Origin: an uncultured Lachnospiraceae bacterium
Lineage (GTDB): Bacteria > Bacillota > Clostridia > Lachnospirales > Lachnospiraceae
Direction of reading: 5' to 3'
Assembly: GCA_951800225.1 (NCBI GenBank)
Contig: CATOJX010000004.1
Location: 6,578 to 70,577 of the forward strand
DNA length: 64,000 bases
The position numbers and the translations under genes were made by a program. This document shows positions 50,230-60,042 of this stretch, piece after piece. The first letter of the stretch is position 1. Every line of letters starts with the position of its first letter. The notes under the pieces are model-generated. The model saw only the letters and a list, made by a program, of their open reading frames with translations. It had not been told where the DNA came from and ran no database searches.

Positions 50230-50481
50230 ATGGCTCAAATTAGTTTGCGCATAGAGGATGATGTAAAGAAAAAGGCAGAGCAAGCTTGTGCTGACATTGG
50301 AATGTCTTTATCTACGGCTATAAATATTTATCTCAAAAAACTGGGAAGAGAGAAAAGGATACCGTTTGAAGTATCTGTTGATCCGTTTTATTCGCAGGAA
50401 AATATGGCCAGGCTTAAGGAATCTGTAGCACAAATGGAAGCTACAGGTGGGACGGTGCATGAGGTGGACTTTGATGATTAA
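50230..50481 (+). CDS. RelB/DinJ-family type II antitoxin
   Basis: MAQISLRIEDDVKKKAEQACADIGMSLSTAINIYLKKL is the characteristic RelB/DinJ ribbon-helix-helix N-terminus. RBS AAGAGGTGA. Confidence 0.85.
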   Translation: MAQISLRIEDDVKKKAEQACADIGMSLSTAINIYLKKLGREKRIPFEVSVDPFYSQENMARLKESVAQMEATGGTVHEVDFDD

Positions 50482-50605
50482 GCTAAGTGGCGATTTGGCA
50501 CCCTACTGGAGTTGGCGAATAGATGATGCAAACTGTATTGTTTATCGTATAGAAGATAATGTGATAAAGATTGTTCAATGTGGTTCTCATTATAGAGATA
50601 AGTAA
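50474..50605 (+). pseudogene. Internally deleted YoeB/Txe-family toxin (43 aa remnant)
   Basis: The ORF MIK-LSGDLAPYWSWRIDDANCIVYRIEDNVIKIVQCGSHYRDK overlaps the antitoxin stop (ATGATTAA). It retains the YoeB C-terminal half (WS.RI...VY...C.GHY) but lacks about 40 N-terminal residues. Confidence 0.7.
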
Positions 50606-50642
50606 AGATGGCGTTCATACGCAGGATGGAGGAAAATTAAGT

Positions 50643-52238
50643 ATGGCTGAAGGGAAAGATTTATTGCAGGTGTTGTGGAATGGCGCGGATGTACTTAGAG
50701 GAAAAATGGACGCAAATGAGTACAAGACGTATCTTTTAGGATTGATTTTCTATAAATATTTATCGGATTCCTATTTGGCAAAGGTGTATGATATCCTGGA
50801 AGATGAAAGCCCAAATAGCCTTGAAGAAGCGCAGCGTGTGTATGAAGAAGCAATGGATTCGGATGATGCTGAAGATTTATTGGCGGAGCTAAAGAAGTCC
50901 AAACATTATACGCTTGATCCCAACATGACTTATATAAGCATATTAAATATGGTAAAAAATAATTCATTTAACAGAGAGAAGCTGCAGGCGGCTTTTAACC
51001 GAATAGAGGAATCGGACGAGTTATTCAATGGCCTGTTTGCCGATGTGGATTTATATTCAAACCGGCTTGGTACCGGAGACCAGAATCAGAGCGCGACAAT
51101 TGCGGAAGTCATCAGGGTATTGGATGGCGTGGACATTATCCATACGGAGGGGGACGTCCTCGGTAATGCGTATGAGTATATGATCGGCCAATTTGCATCA
51201 GAAACAGGCAAAAAAGCCGGAGAATTTTATACACCCCATGGGCCGGCGCAGATTCTTTGCCGGATTGCCATATCCGGACAGGAAGAGAAAAAGGGGTTGC
51301 AGGTCTATGACCCATGTATGGGATCTGCTTCTTTGATGCTTGGCTGCAGGAATTATTCAAAAGAGCCTGACTACATTAAATACTATGGCCAGGAGCTGAT
51401 GCCGTCAACTTATAACCTGGCGCGTATGAACATGTTCCTGCACGGAGTCTTGCCCGAAAACCAGCACCTGCGCAATGGAGATACGCTTGATGCGGACTGG
51501 CCCACAGACGAAGAGACGGAGTTTGACGTCGTAACGATGAATCCGCCGTATTCTGCTAAATGGTCTGCCGCGGAAGGATTTAAGCAGGATGAAAGATTTA
51601 TGGATTACGGCGGGAAACTTGCCCCCAGGTCAAAAGCAGATTATGCCTTTTTGCTGCACGGTTTCTATCATTTAAAGCAGACGGGTACAATGGCGATTGT
51701 CCTTCCGCACGGTGTTTTATTCAGAGGCGCCGCAGAGGGAACCATCAGACAGACGCTTCTCGAAAACGGTTCCATATACGCAGTCATCGGGCTTCCTTCC
51801 AATATGTTTTATAATACATCCATTCCCACCTGCATTGTAGTGTTAAAAAAACACAGGGAAGGAAGAGACGTATTATTTATTGACGCTTCCAAACTGTATG
51901 AAAAAGAAAAGAAGCAGAATGTTATGCGGCAGGAACACATTGACAGAGTACTGGAATTATACCATGACAGGAAACCTGTGGATAAAGTGGCTTATCTTGC
52001 ATCTTTTGAAGATATAAAAAATAATGATTATAACTTGAATATCCCAAGGTATGTGGATACCAGTGAAGAAGAACCAGAAGTGGATCTTAAACAGCTTTCC
52101 GGCCGCATAAAGGAAACAAACAGGGCGATTAAGGCCGGAAATGATGCATTGTTGGAAATGCTTGGAGAACTGACTTTTGCAGATCCTGAAACGAAAGATG
52201 CCGTTGAAGAACTTATGAATGTCCTAAGGGAGGTTTGA
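50643..52238 (+). CDS. hsdM: Type I restriction-modification system, N6-adenine DNA methyltransferase subunit
   Basis: HsdM_N region (LWNGADVLRGKMDANEYKTYLLGLIFYKYLSD), motif I DPCMGSASLM and motif IV NPPY. GGAGGA RBS precedes the ATG at 50643. Confidence 0.93.
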   Translation: MAEGKDLLQVLWNGADVLRGKMDANEYKTYLLGLIFYKYLSDSYLAKVYDILEDESPNSLEEAQRVYEEAMDSDDAEDLLAELKKSKHYTLDPNMTYISILNMVKNNSFNREKLQAAFNRIEESDELFNGLFADVDLYSNRLGTGDQNQSATIAEVIRVLDGVDIIHTEGDVLGNAYEYMIGQFASETGKKAGEFYTPHGPAQILCRIAISGQEEKKGLQVYDPCMGSASLMLGCRNYSKEPDYIKYYGQELMPSTYNLARMNMFLHGVLPENQHLRNGDTLDADWPTDEETEFDVVTMNPPYSAKWSAAEGFKQDERFMDYGGKLAPRSKADYAFLLHGFYHLKQTGTMAIVLPHGVLFRGAAEGTIRQTLLENGSIYAVIGLPSNMFYNTSIPTCIVVLKKHREGRDVLFIDASKLYEKEKKQNVMRQEHIDRVLELYHDRKPVDKVAYLASFEDIKNNDYNLNIPRYVDTSEEEPEVDLKQLSGRIKETNRAIKAGNDALLEMLGELTFADPETKDAVEELMNVLREV

Positions 52239-53470
52239 TGATGGCAAATATACCAAAGATAAGATTTAAAGGGTTTACAGACGATTGGGAGCAGTGTAAG
52301 TTTAGTGAGTTTGTGAAAAATGTTGCAAAAAAGAATAAAGAAAATCTTGATTTAGAGCCTTATGCGGTGACAAATGACAGAGGTTTCATAGCACAGAAAG
52401 ATGCACATGATGACTTTGGATATATGAAAGATACTGATAGAAAAGCTTATAACATTGTTCCGCCAAATTCATTTGCATATAATCCAGCAAGAATTAATGT
52501 TGGTTCTTTGGGATATTATACAGGTGCTGAAAACGTAATAGTTAGCTCACTTTATGAGGTATTTCAGACAGAGGAATATATTGATGATAGATTCTTGTGG
52601 CATTGGTTGAAGTCAGACCATTTTCCGAAATGGATAGAAAAGCTACAAGAAGGAAGTGTAAGGTTATATTTTTATTTTGATAAACTTGTTCAGTGTCAAA
52701 TGATGATTCCGTTATTAGAAGAACAGAAACAAATTAGCACATATTTGGATAACTTAGATACTCTCATCACCCTTCATCAGCGTAAATGCGACGACACGAT
52801 AGAACTAAAGAAATATATGCTACAAAAAATGTTTCCGCAAAACGGAAAGAAAATTCCGGAGATACGATTTGCAGGATTTACGGATGATTGGGAACAGCGT
52901 AAACTGGAAGAGTTATATGCAACAATAGGAAATGCTTTTGTTGGGACAGCGACACCTTATTATGTAGAGGATGGTCATTTTTATCTTGAATCAAATAATG
53001 TGAAAGATGGACAGATAAATCGTAATACAGAAATATTTATAAATGATGAGTTTTACGAAAAACAAAGAGATAAGTGGTTACATGCAGGAGATATGGTTAT
53101 GGTTCAATCTGGACATGTAGGACATGCAACTGTAATACCTGATGAATTGGACAATACAGCAGCCCATGCGCTTATAATGTTTAAAAATCCGAAGGTCAAT
53201 ATTGAACCTTATTTTTTGAATTATCAGTATCAAACAAGTAAATCAAAAAAGAAAATTGACAATATTACGACAGGTAATACAATAAAACACATACTTGCAT
53301 CAGATATGCAAAAATTTGCTGTTGATGTGCCTTCTTATGAAGAACAAAGGGAAATTGCTACTTATTTTCGCCACCTCGACCACCTCATCACCCTCCACCA
53401 ACGTAAATGCAATGCATTAAAAGAAATAAAAAAGTATATGCTGCAAAACATGTTCCCACAGAAAGGATAG
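52238..53470 (+). CDS. hsdS: Type I restriction-modification system specificity subunit
   Basis: Two target-recognition domains are separated by duplicated conserved helices (LDTLITLHQRKCDD...KKYMLQKMFPQ and LDHLITLHQRKCNA...KKYMLQNMFPQ). Each TRD is preceded by IRF.GFTDDWEQ. It is coupled to the hsdM stop. Confidence 0.92.
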   Translation: MMANIPKIRFKGFTDDWEQCKFSEFVKNVAKKNKENLDLEPYAVTNDRGFIAQKDAHDDFGYMKDTDRKAYNIVPPNSFAYNPARINVGSLGYYTGAENVIVSSLYEVFQTEEYIDDRFLWHWLKSDHFPKWIEKLQEGSVRLYFYFDKLVQCQMMIPLLEEQKQISTYLDNLDTLITLHQRKCDDTIELKKYMLQKMFPQNGKKIPEIRFAGFTDDWEQRKLEELYATIGNAFVGTATPYYVEDGHFYLESNNVKDGQINRNTEIFINDEFYEKQRDKWLHAGDMVMVQSGHVGHATVIPDELDNTAAHALIMFKNPKVNIEPYFLNYQYQTSKSKKKIDNITTGNTIKHILASDMQKFAVDVPSYEEQREIATYFRHLDHLITLHQRKCNALKEIKKYMLQNMFPQKG

Positions 53471-53473
53471 ATT

Positions 53474-56431
53474 ATGGCTGAATTAGAATCTGTATTGGAA
53501 AAGCGGTTGATCGACCAGCTCTGCTGTGATGAGTCTCAATGGACCTACAGGCCTGATATCAGGACAGAGGATCAGCTGTGGGATAATTTTAAATATATTT
53601 TGGAACAAAACAATAAGGCAAAGCTGAATGATATTCCTCTAAGCGCTTCTGAATTTGCGAAGATTAAGAATGATTTATCCCATGCTTCGTTTTATGATGC
53701 GGGGAAATGGATGGTCGGGGAAAATGGTAAGGTATATGTCCATGTTCAGCGGGGGAATGAAACGCTGCATCTGGTAGTCATGAATCATGAGCATGTGGCA
53801 GGCGGTTCCAGTGTCTATGAGGTTATTAACCAATACCAGGCTTTTAAATCAGAGGATATCAAGAACGACAGAGACAGACGTTTTGACGTGACACTTCTTA
53901 TTAACGGGATTCCCTTGATACATATCGAACTTAAAAATAAAGAACATTCGTATATGGACGGATACCGTCAGATTAAAAAATATATTGCAGAAGGAAAATT
54001 CCACGGTATTTTCTCAAATGTACAGATGTTTGTTGTAAGCAATGCGGCGGATACAAAATATTTTTCTGCGGCAAGGGATACAGAATTAAATAAAAAGTTT
54101 ATCACCGGATGGCTGGATCGGGACAATCAGCCTGTCTGTGATTATATTGATTTTGCCAAGGCGGTTCTTAAGATACCGGAAGCGCATGAAATGGTTACAA
54201 GGTATATGGTGCTGGACAATGAGAAGAAAAAACTACTGATCCTCCGCCCATATCAGATTCATGCTATTGAAGCCATGCGGGAGGCCTCAAAGCAGGGAAA
54301 GTCCGGATTTATCTGGCATACAACGGGTTCCGGAAAAACGATGACTTCTTATAAGGCTACGAGAAATCTGTTGATGGATATTCCGGCAATTGAGAAAACA
54401 GTATTCCTCATCGACAGAAAAGATCTGGATGAGCAGACAAAGATGGCTTTCCAGTCCTATGCGGATTATGATACGATTGATGTGGATGATACGGATTATG
54501 TGGAGTCGCTTATAAAGAAGATGTCGGATGACAACCGGCAGATGATTGTAACGACCCGGCAGAAAATGCAGATCATGGTGAACCGGCGTCTGAAAGAAGG
54601 AACCAGAAAGTATGATAAGATAAAGTCCCTTAAAGTTGCGTTTGTCGTGGATGAATGTCATAGAGCAGTAACGCCGCAAACAAAGAGAACACTTGAAAAG
54701 TTTTTTTTAAATTCTTTATGGTATGGCTTTACGGGGACGCCTATTTTTGACGAAAACAGCTATGAGCAGAAAGGGGATCTGCCCCGGACTACAAAGCAGC
54801 TTTATGGAGAATGCTTGCATAGTTATACCATTAAAGAGGCGATCCACGATGAAGCGGTTCTGGGATTCATGGTGGAGAATCTGGGAGCTAAAAATGTAAG
54901 CTCTGACAATGAAGAAAATGTGTATGAAACAGAAGCACATATGCGAAAAGTGCTGGATGTTATTTTAAACCAGTCCTATGAGAAATTTGGTATGAGAAAC
55001 GGCAGGGGCAGGACGTATGAGGCTATATTGACGACGAGTTCAATTGTAAGGGCACAGAAGTATTATGATTTACTAAAGAAGGTGAAAGATGGCGATGATG
55101 AGTTAAAGATCAGTGAAAATGTACATAAGGCGGTTCCGGATTTCCCCAGGTTTGCCATAACATACTCATTGTCGGAAAATGAAGAAACATCCACGGTCAA
55201 TCAGGATAAGATGAAAAAATCGCTAAAAGATTATAACGATATGTTTGGGACCAGTTACAAAATAGAAGCAATTGATGCTTATAACAGTAATCTCAATGAC
55301 CGGCTGGCGAGAAAAGAAAAAAAGTACCTGGACCGGAATCAGCAGCTTGATTTGGTTATTGTTGTTGACAGGCTTTTGACCGGTTTTGATGCGCCGTGCC
55401 TTTCTGTTTTGTTTATGGACAGGCAGCCCATGGCTCCGCAGAATATCATCCAGGCATTTTCCCGTACTAACAGACTGTTCGATACAAATAAGCAGTATGG
55501 ACAGATTGTGACATTCCAGGCGCCCAAAGAATATAAAGAGGCAATCAATGAAGCACTCAGGCTGTATTCGCGAGGAGGCAGCGGGAATCCCATTGCAGAG
55601 GATTGGGATGATGTGATAAAATCTTTTTCCGTATCCTTGAAAGCGATCCGTAATCTGGCGCAGACAGCGGAAGACATAGCAGGGCTGTCACGAAAGCAGA
55701 AAAAGGCATTTGTTAATCTTTTCAGAGCCCTGGATCACGATTTTGCGCATCTGAAAGCATTTTCGGTATATGAACCTTCTGTGCTTAATGCGTTTGGCTT
55801 TTCCGAAGATGAGTATGAAGACTATGCCGCAATGTATAAAAATGTAATGGAAGAATTAAAAAAGCCGGATGATCATCCGGAACCGGACGAAGAACCTGTA
55901 TGGGACGATTATGATTTAGTAGCTTACAGCAAGCTGCGAATAGACTTTGAATATATTGTGGAATTGCTGCAAGGGTTTGTAGAATCCTTGGATCAGCCAG
56001 AAAACGGTCTTGATGCTGCCGAATTTGAGGCCAGGATAAAGGCCATCAGAGAAATCATAGACGAATTTGCTGCTGATAACCCCAGATTAAGTGCATTGCT
56101 TATGCAAATGGTAGATGAGATTGAAAAAGACCGGGAGAAATTTCTGGGACAGGATATTTCCGTTATCATCAATCAAATGCGTTATGCTGTTATCGACGAA
56201 GAAATTAAGAAATATGCCGAAAAATGGTATTCGGGGTTTGAAGATGTCAAATATGAAGTGTTTCATTACAGAAATGGAGAACTTGCAAATGAGAATAAGT
56301 TAAAGGACAGTGCGGATTATACAACTTATAAAAAAGAAAATAATGATGCTTTGTCTAAATTGAAATTCAGGAAAACAATGATTGATGAGTTTAAAAATGT
56401 GTTGATGCCAGAGATTGATTCATTCATATAG
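53474..56431 (+). CDS. hsdR: Type I restriction endonuclease/translocase subunit
   Basis: N-terminal nuclease motif D...ELK (RFDVTLLINGIPLIHIELKN), SF2 helicase Walker A TGSGKT, and DECH box VVDECHR. Confidence 0.93.
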   Translation: MAELESVLEKRLIDQLCCDESQWTYRPDIRTEDQLWDNFKYILEQNNKAKLNDIPLSASEFAKIKNDLSHASFYDAGKWMVGENGKVYVHVQRGNETLHLVVMNHEHVAGGSSVYEVINQYQAFKSEDIKNDRDRRFDVTLLINGIPLIHIELKNKEHSYMDGYRQIKKYIAEGKFHGIFSNVQMFVVSNAADTKYFSAARDTELNKKFITGWLDRDNQPVCDYIDFAKAVLKIPEAHEMVTRYMVLDNEKKKLLILRPYQIHAIEAMREASKQGKSGFIWHTTGSGKTMTSYKATRNLLMDIPAIEKTVFLIDRKDLDEQTKMAFQSYADYDTIDVDDTDYVESLIKKMSDDNRQMIVTTRQKMQIMVNRRLKEGTRKYDKIKSLKVAFVVDECHRAVTPQTKRTLEKFFLNSLWYGFTGTPIFDENSYEQKGDLPRTTKQLYGECLHSYTIKEAIHDEAVLGFMVENLGAKNVSSDNEENVYETEAHMRKVLDVILNQSYEKFGMRNGRGRTYEAILTTSSIVRAQKYYDLLKKVKDGDDELKISENVHKAVPDFPRFAITYSLSENEETSTVNQDKMKKSLKDYNDMFGTSYKIEAIDAYNSNLNDRLARKEKKYLDRNQQLDLVIVVDRLLTGFDAPCLSVLFMDRQPMAPQNIIQAFSRTNRLFDTNKQYGQIVTFQAPKEYKEAINEALRLYSRGGSGNPIAEDWDDVIKSFSVSLKAIRNLAQTAEDIAGLSRKQKKAFVNLFRALDHDFAHLKAFSVYEPSVLNAFGFSEDEYEDYAAMYKNVMEELKKPDDHPEPDEEPVWDDYDLVAYSKLRIDFEYIVELLQGFVESLDQPENGLDAAEFEARIKAIREIIDEFAADNPRLSALLMQMVDEIEKDREKFLGQDISVIINQMRYAVIDEEIKKYAEKWYSGFEDVKYEVFHYRNGELANENKLKDSADYTTYKKENNDALSKLKFRKTMIDEFKNVLMPEIDSFI

Positions 56432-56562
56432 CATATTCAAGATAGTTATCGATGAATTGGTACATAGATACCGTATATGTGCAGGATAGAAATGCATTTA
56501 TGAATTGTGACTTTCGTTAGTTTCATAGGCTACTCCTTTTTCTTTATATATAGAGCTAATAT

Positions 56563-57612
56563 TTACTCGCCAACTTCATTTCGAGGAATTAAATAACAAT
56601 TCCCAGATTTATCAGAGATGATGAAACGCTCCTCAGATGCTGAAAGCTGAATATCAGACGGGATAGGAAGTCGCACTTCCTCCATTTTGCTTATGGGTGG
56701 CTTAATGTATTTAACGATGTATTTTCCCATCTCCCTGCCGGCACGGTTTGTAAGCATATTCCACGCATCTTCACCTATTGCGTATCGACCGCCTTCTTCA
56801 ACATATTTTGCTTTGAGCCGGTCTAAAAGCGGGGATGGTGTTGGATCGAATACTATCAGAACAGGGATCAGTCCAGCTCTGTGAGCTTCATAGGGGAAAC
56901 TCATTTCCTCGCTAAATCGTCCTTGCCCACTGGCTGCGATTGTTACACGCAACTTCAACTCATAAGCTTCTCTGGATTACTCGATATAACAATCAATTTG
57001 ACGCCCTTCCTTTGTCGGATTGCCATTATCATCAATGCGCTTAACAGGGGAATATTTGTGAGACATTGGCTCGCCGCCAAGACAGCTTGCTAAAATCGGC
57101 TCAAACAAATACCCTGTTTCCTGCGCACTGCGGTTATCAATGTCATATATAAGCTTTCGCCAACTCATCCATGAAAACAAAAGCGCATCTTCACAATTCC
57201 CGTATTCCAGTAAACATCTCGGTCCTATTTGCTCAGTCAACGGGAACGGTTGAGTTTTTAGGATGTTATAGAACTTAAATCGTCTGCGCCAAAGTTCGGA
57301 CAGATTTTTCAAATAAAGATACATAATATTTTCTGTATTAGTGGCACCAGAAAGTTGCAGATAGTTTATAGCGTCTTCCACTGTCACATCAGGCAACTCT
57401 GCAACCTTTTCCGGGGTAATTGTATAAAAACTTTCTTTGGCAAGTTGACAAAACGGCTCGGAAAACCAATCCGGTTCATTCTCAAAAATATCCAGATAAG
57501 CGATATGGATAAGTAGAACAACATCTTTTGGTTCTATTTCAACCATAGCAACACCAGAACCATGCTGTGAAAATGTTTTATAGAAAACTCGTTGTTGACG
57601 AGATACTGGCAT
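56563..57612 (-). pseudogene. Type II restriction endonuclease candidate interrupted by a single in-frame TAA
   Basis: The 211-aa and 131-aa ORFs are in the same frame, separated only by TAA (56977-56979) plus 6 codons: ...GRQIDCYIE*SREAYELKLRVT.... The stop falls inside a D-x11-E-L-K (PD-(D/E)xK-like) motif. The start ATG lies 4 nt after the methyltransferase stop. Confidence 0.65.
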
Positions 57613-57615
57613 ATT

Positions 57616-58827
57616 TTATACCTCCATTCGCATTTGTTCGTATTCGTGTATTTGTAACGAGCTTAGCATTTTGCAAGTTTTTTGCAAGGCAGGACTTTTA
57701 GCAGATGCTTTAGTTACATCAAATTTTGCTAATGAAGGAGGCTCTTCATTAGGCGTGTTTCTATCACACATAATAATTTGTTTTGCCATTTGTTCAGCAA
57801 ATACAGGCGGGATAGCGTTTCCAATTTGAAGCATTTTCTGTGCATCCGTTCCGCAAAACAAGAAAGAATCTGGGAAGGTTTGCACTCTGGCGCATTCTCG
57901 AATTGTAAGTGTCCTGTTTTGCGTCGGATGGACAAATTCTGATGGTGCAGCACTCGTTATTGTCAAGCAAGGCTCATTGTAAGACAAGCGCTTCAATCCA
58001 GAGGGCGCACCACCCCTTTTTTCGGAAGGTGTTCCATCACATACTCTTCTTGATGCTCTACGCTTGAATGAATCGTGTTGCAAATGTTCTGGCAAGTCTT
58101 TCATCGACTGCCCAATTTTCAATGCAGAAATTCGCTCTAACTGTATTCCGCTTTCAACCTTTCTTATATGGTCAAGCTTGGGAATATCGTGTGTTTCCAA
58201 ATCACCTATTGCATCCCGCAAGGTAAATGACGAGTATTTATATATCGCCCCTGACGCCCTTTCAATTGGATCAGGAAATTCAAATTTTTTTCCTTCTCGA
58301 TTACCGACAATAATGACTCGTTTTCTTCTTTGCGGTACAGCGTATTCTTGCATATATATTTTTTTCAAGCTAACTGTATATCCAAGACTAATCATCTTTT
58401 TTATACATTCAACAACATAAATTCCAGAAGCAGTTGTTAATATTCCTTCCACATTTTCCATCATAAACCATCGTGGATAGAACACTTCTAGTGCTTGTGC
58501 ATAGTTTTGTACCAATTTGTTGCGAGAATCATCCCAAAAACGATTTCCTGCTGTTGTGAATCCTTGACAGGGTGGTCCCCCAATAATTAAATCCAATTCT
58601 CCACGCTGCAACCCCAACTGATTTCTCAGTTGCAAGAAATTACAAGATTCCAAATCGACATTCTGGCAGATATTTGCGCCAAAGTTCATGTTGTAGGTAG
58701 CGATTGCAGCATCTGCATTTTCAAAGGCAGCAAGAATTTCAATACCAGCATTTTTGAAGCCTAATGAGCACCCACCGGCACCTGCAAATAGGCTAATTGC
58801 CCTCCATTGTTTTTTCCATGTATTCAT
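57616..58827 (-). CDS. DNA (cytosine-5)-methyltransferase
   Basis: Motif I FAGAGG, IV GGPPCQGFT, VI ENV, VIII QRRKR and X GNAIPP are all present. Confidence 0.93.
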   Translation of the reverse strand: MNTWKKQWRAISLFAGAGGCSLGFKNAGIEILAAFENADAAIATYNMNFGANICQNVDLESCNFLQLRNQLGLQRGELDLIIGGPPCQGFTTAGNRFWDDSRNKLVQNYAQALEVFYPRWFMMENVEGILTTASGIYVVECIKKMISLGYTVSLKKIYMQEYAVPQRRKRVIIVGNREGKKFEFPDPIERASGAIYKYSSFTLRDAIGDLETHDIPKLDHIRKVESGIQLERISALKIGQSMKDLPEHLQHDSFKRRASRRVCDGTPSEKRGGAPSGLKRLSYNEPCLTITSAAPSEFVHPTQNRTLTIRECARVQTFPDSFLFCGTDAQKMLQIGNAIPPVFAEQMAKQIIMCDRNTPNEEPPSLAKFDVTKASAKSPALQKTCKMLSSLQIHEYEQMRMEV

Positions 58828-58998
58828 CGGCTTTGGTCTCCATTATTTTTTCTTTAAGTTGCATTTTTATTGTACTACAAAGCCCGGTAAAATTCCAGCC
58901 CTGATGTAATGCGACAAAAGATTTGCACATACCAGCAGGATATGTTAAGATTTCATTACTGAAAAGCGCAATATTATTAAAGTTGGAGGAATCCGTCG

Positions 58999-60004
58999 GT
59001 GGCAAGGACGATTGGGATCGAGAAACAGGATTTTGAGAAAATCATAGTAAACAATAACTTCTATGTGGACAAAACCATGTTTATAAAAGAATGATGGGAA
59101 AATGAGGATGACGTGACCTTGATTACCCGTCCGCGCCGTTTTGGCAAGACCTTGCTTATGAGTATGACAGAGCGCTTCTTTTTTTGCGGAATATGCCGAC
59201 GGCGGTTCTTTATATGAAGGCCTTTTCATCTGGCAGGAGGAGAAGTTCCGTAACCTGCAGGGAACCTATCCGGTTATTTCTCTGAATTTCGCGGATGTAA
59301 AGGAAACATCTTTTTTGCAGGCGAGGAGGAAAGTATGCAGAACCCTCCGGTTTTTGTATGACAAGTATCGGTTTTTGCTGGATGAATACGATACGCCATT
59401 GCAGGAAGCATATGTACATGGGTACTGGGAAGAAATGGTATCCTTTATGGGAAGTCTTTTTAACTCTACGTTTAAAACCAATCCTTATCTGGAACGGGCG
59501 ATTCTGACAGGTATTACCCGTATCAGTAAAGAATCCATCTTTTCGGATCTGAATAATCTGGATAAACAGGTATTTGCAGCGTATTGGGCGAATACCAGCA
59601 GCAATGAGCTGGTGGGAAAACTGATTCGGGAAGGAAGTCCGGATATAAAGATGGTCATGGAAGACCTCCTGAAAGGAGGCTCTTATCATACATGTCTGGA
59701 TGAGCAGGTTGTTTTTTGCCAGCTTGACCGGAAAGAAAGCGCTGTATGGAGCCTTCTGCTGGCAGGCGGTTATTTGCGGGTGGAGCGCTTTTTTATGAAT
59801 ATGGAACGCGGGAGAGAAGAATATGATCTCGTCCTGACAAATAAAGAAGTCCGTATCATGTTTGCACAGATGATCGAAAACTGGTTTCTGGAATATACGC
59901 CGGCTTATAACGGGTTTGTAAAAGCGCTGTTAAAAGGAATCGCGCCGGAACGGATTCGTAAGTATGGTTTTGCCTTTGAAGGAAAACGGGTTATGATTGG
60001 GTAA
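58999..60004 (+). pseudogene. Decayed AAA-ATPase-like / PDDEXK_9-family gene
   Basis: GTG-ARTIGIEKQDFEKIIVNNNFYVDKTMFIKE, then TGA, then WENEDDVTLITRPRRFGKTL. A frameshift follows in a T-run, then AEYADGGSLYEGLFIWQEE...LLDEYDTPLQEAY...ILTGITRISKESIFSDLNNL. Internal segments, including the nuclease core, appear to be deleted. Confidence 0.7.
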
Positions 60005-60042
60005 ATTTTACTGAAACACTACATGGGAGGTGAGGCGCAGCC

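Noticed and set aside
50571-50642. An N-terminal extension of the hsdM ORF (MFNVVLIIEISKDGVHTQDGGKLS).
   Set aside because: It overlaps the YoeB remnant. The HsdM_N homology starts at MAEGKDLL..., with a GGAGGA RBS before the ATG at 50643.
56432-56562. The intergenic region between convergent hsdR and the R pseudogene, considered as a terminator or small RNA.
   Set aside because: It holds only short palindromes (AAATGCATTT, and GGTA....TACC) with no stable stem plus T-tract. There is nothing I can support.
58793-59229. Minus-strand ORFs upstream of the m5C methyltransferase (58793-59005 and 58945-59229), considered as possible controller (C) proteins.
   Set aside because: They have no HTH-like sequence. 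They overlap the methyltransferase start or are antisense to the AAA-ATPase-like pseudogene. No C-box-like repeats were seen.
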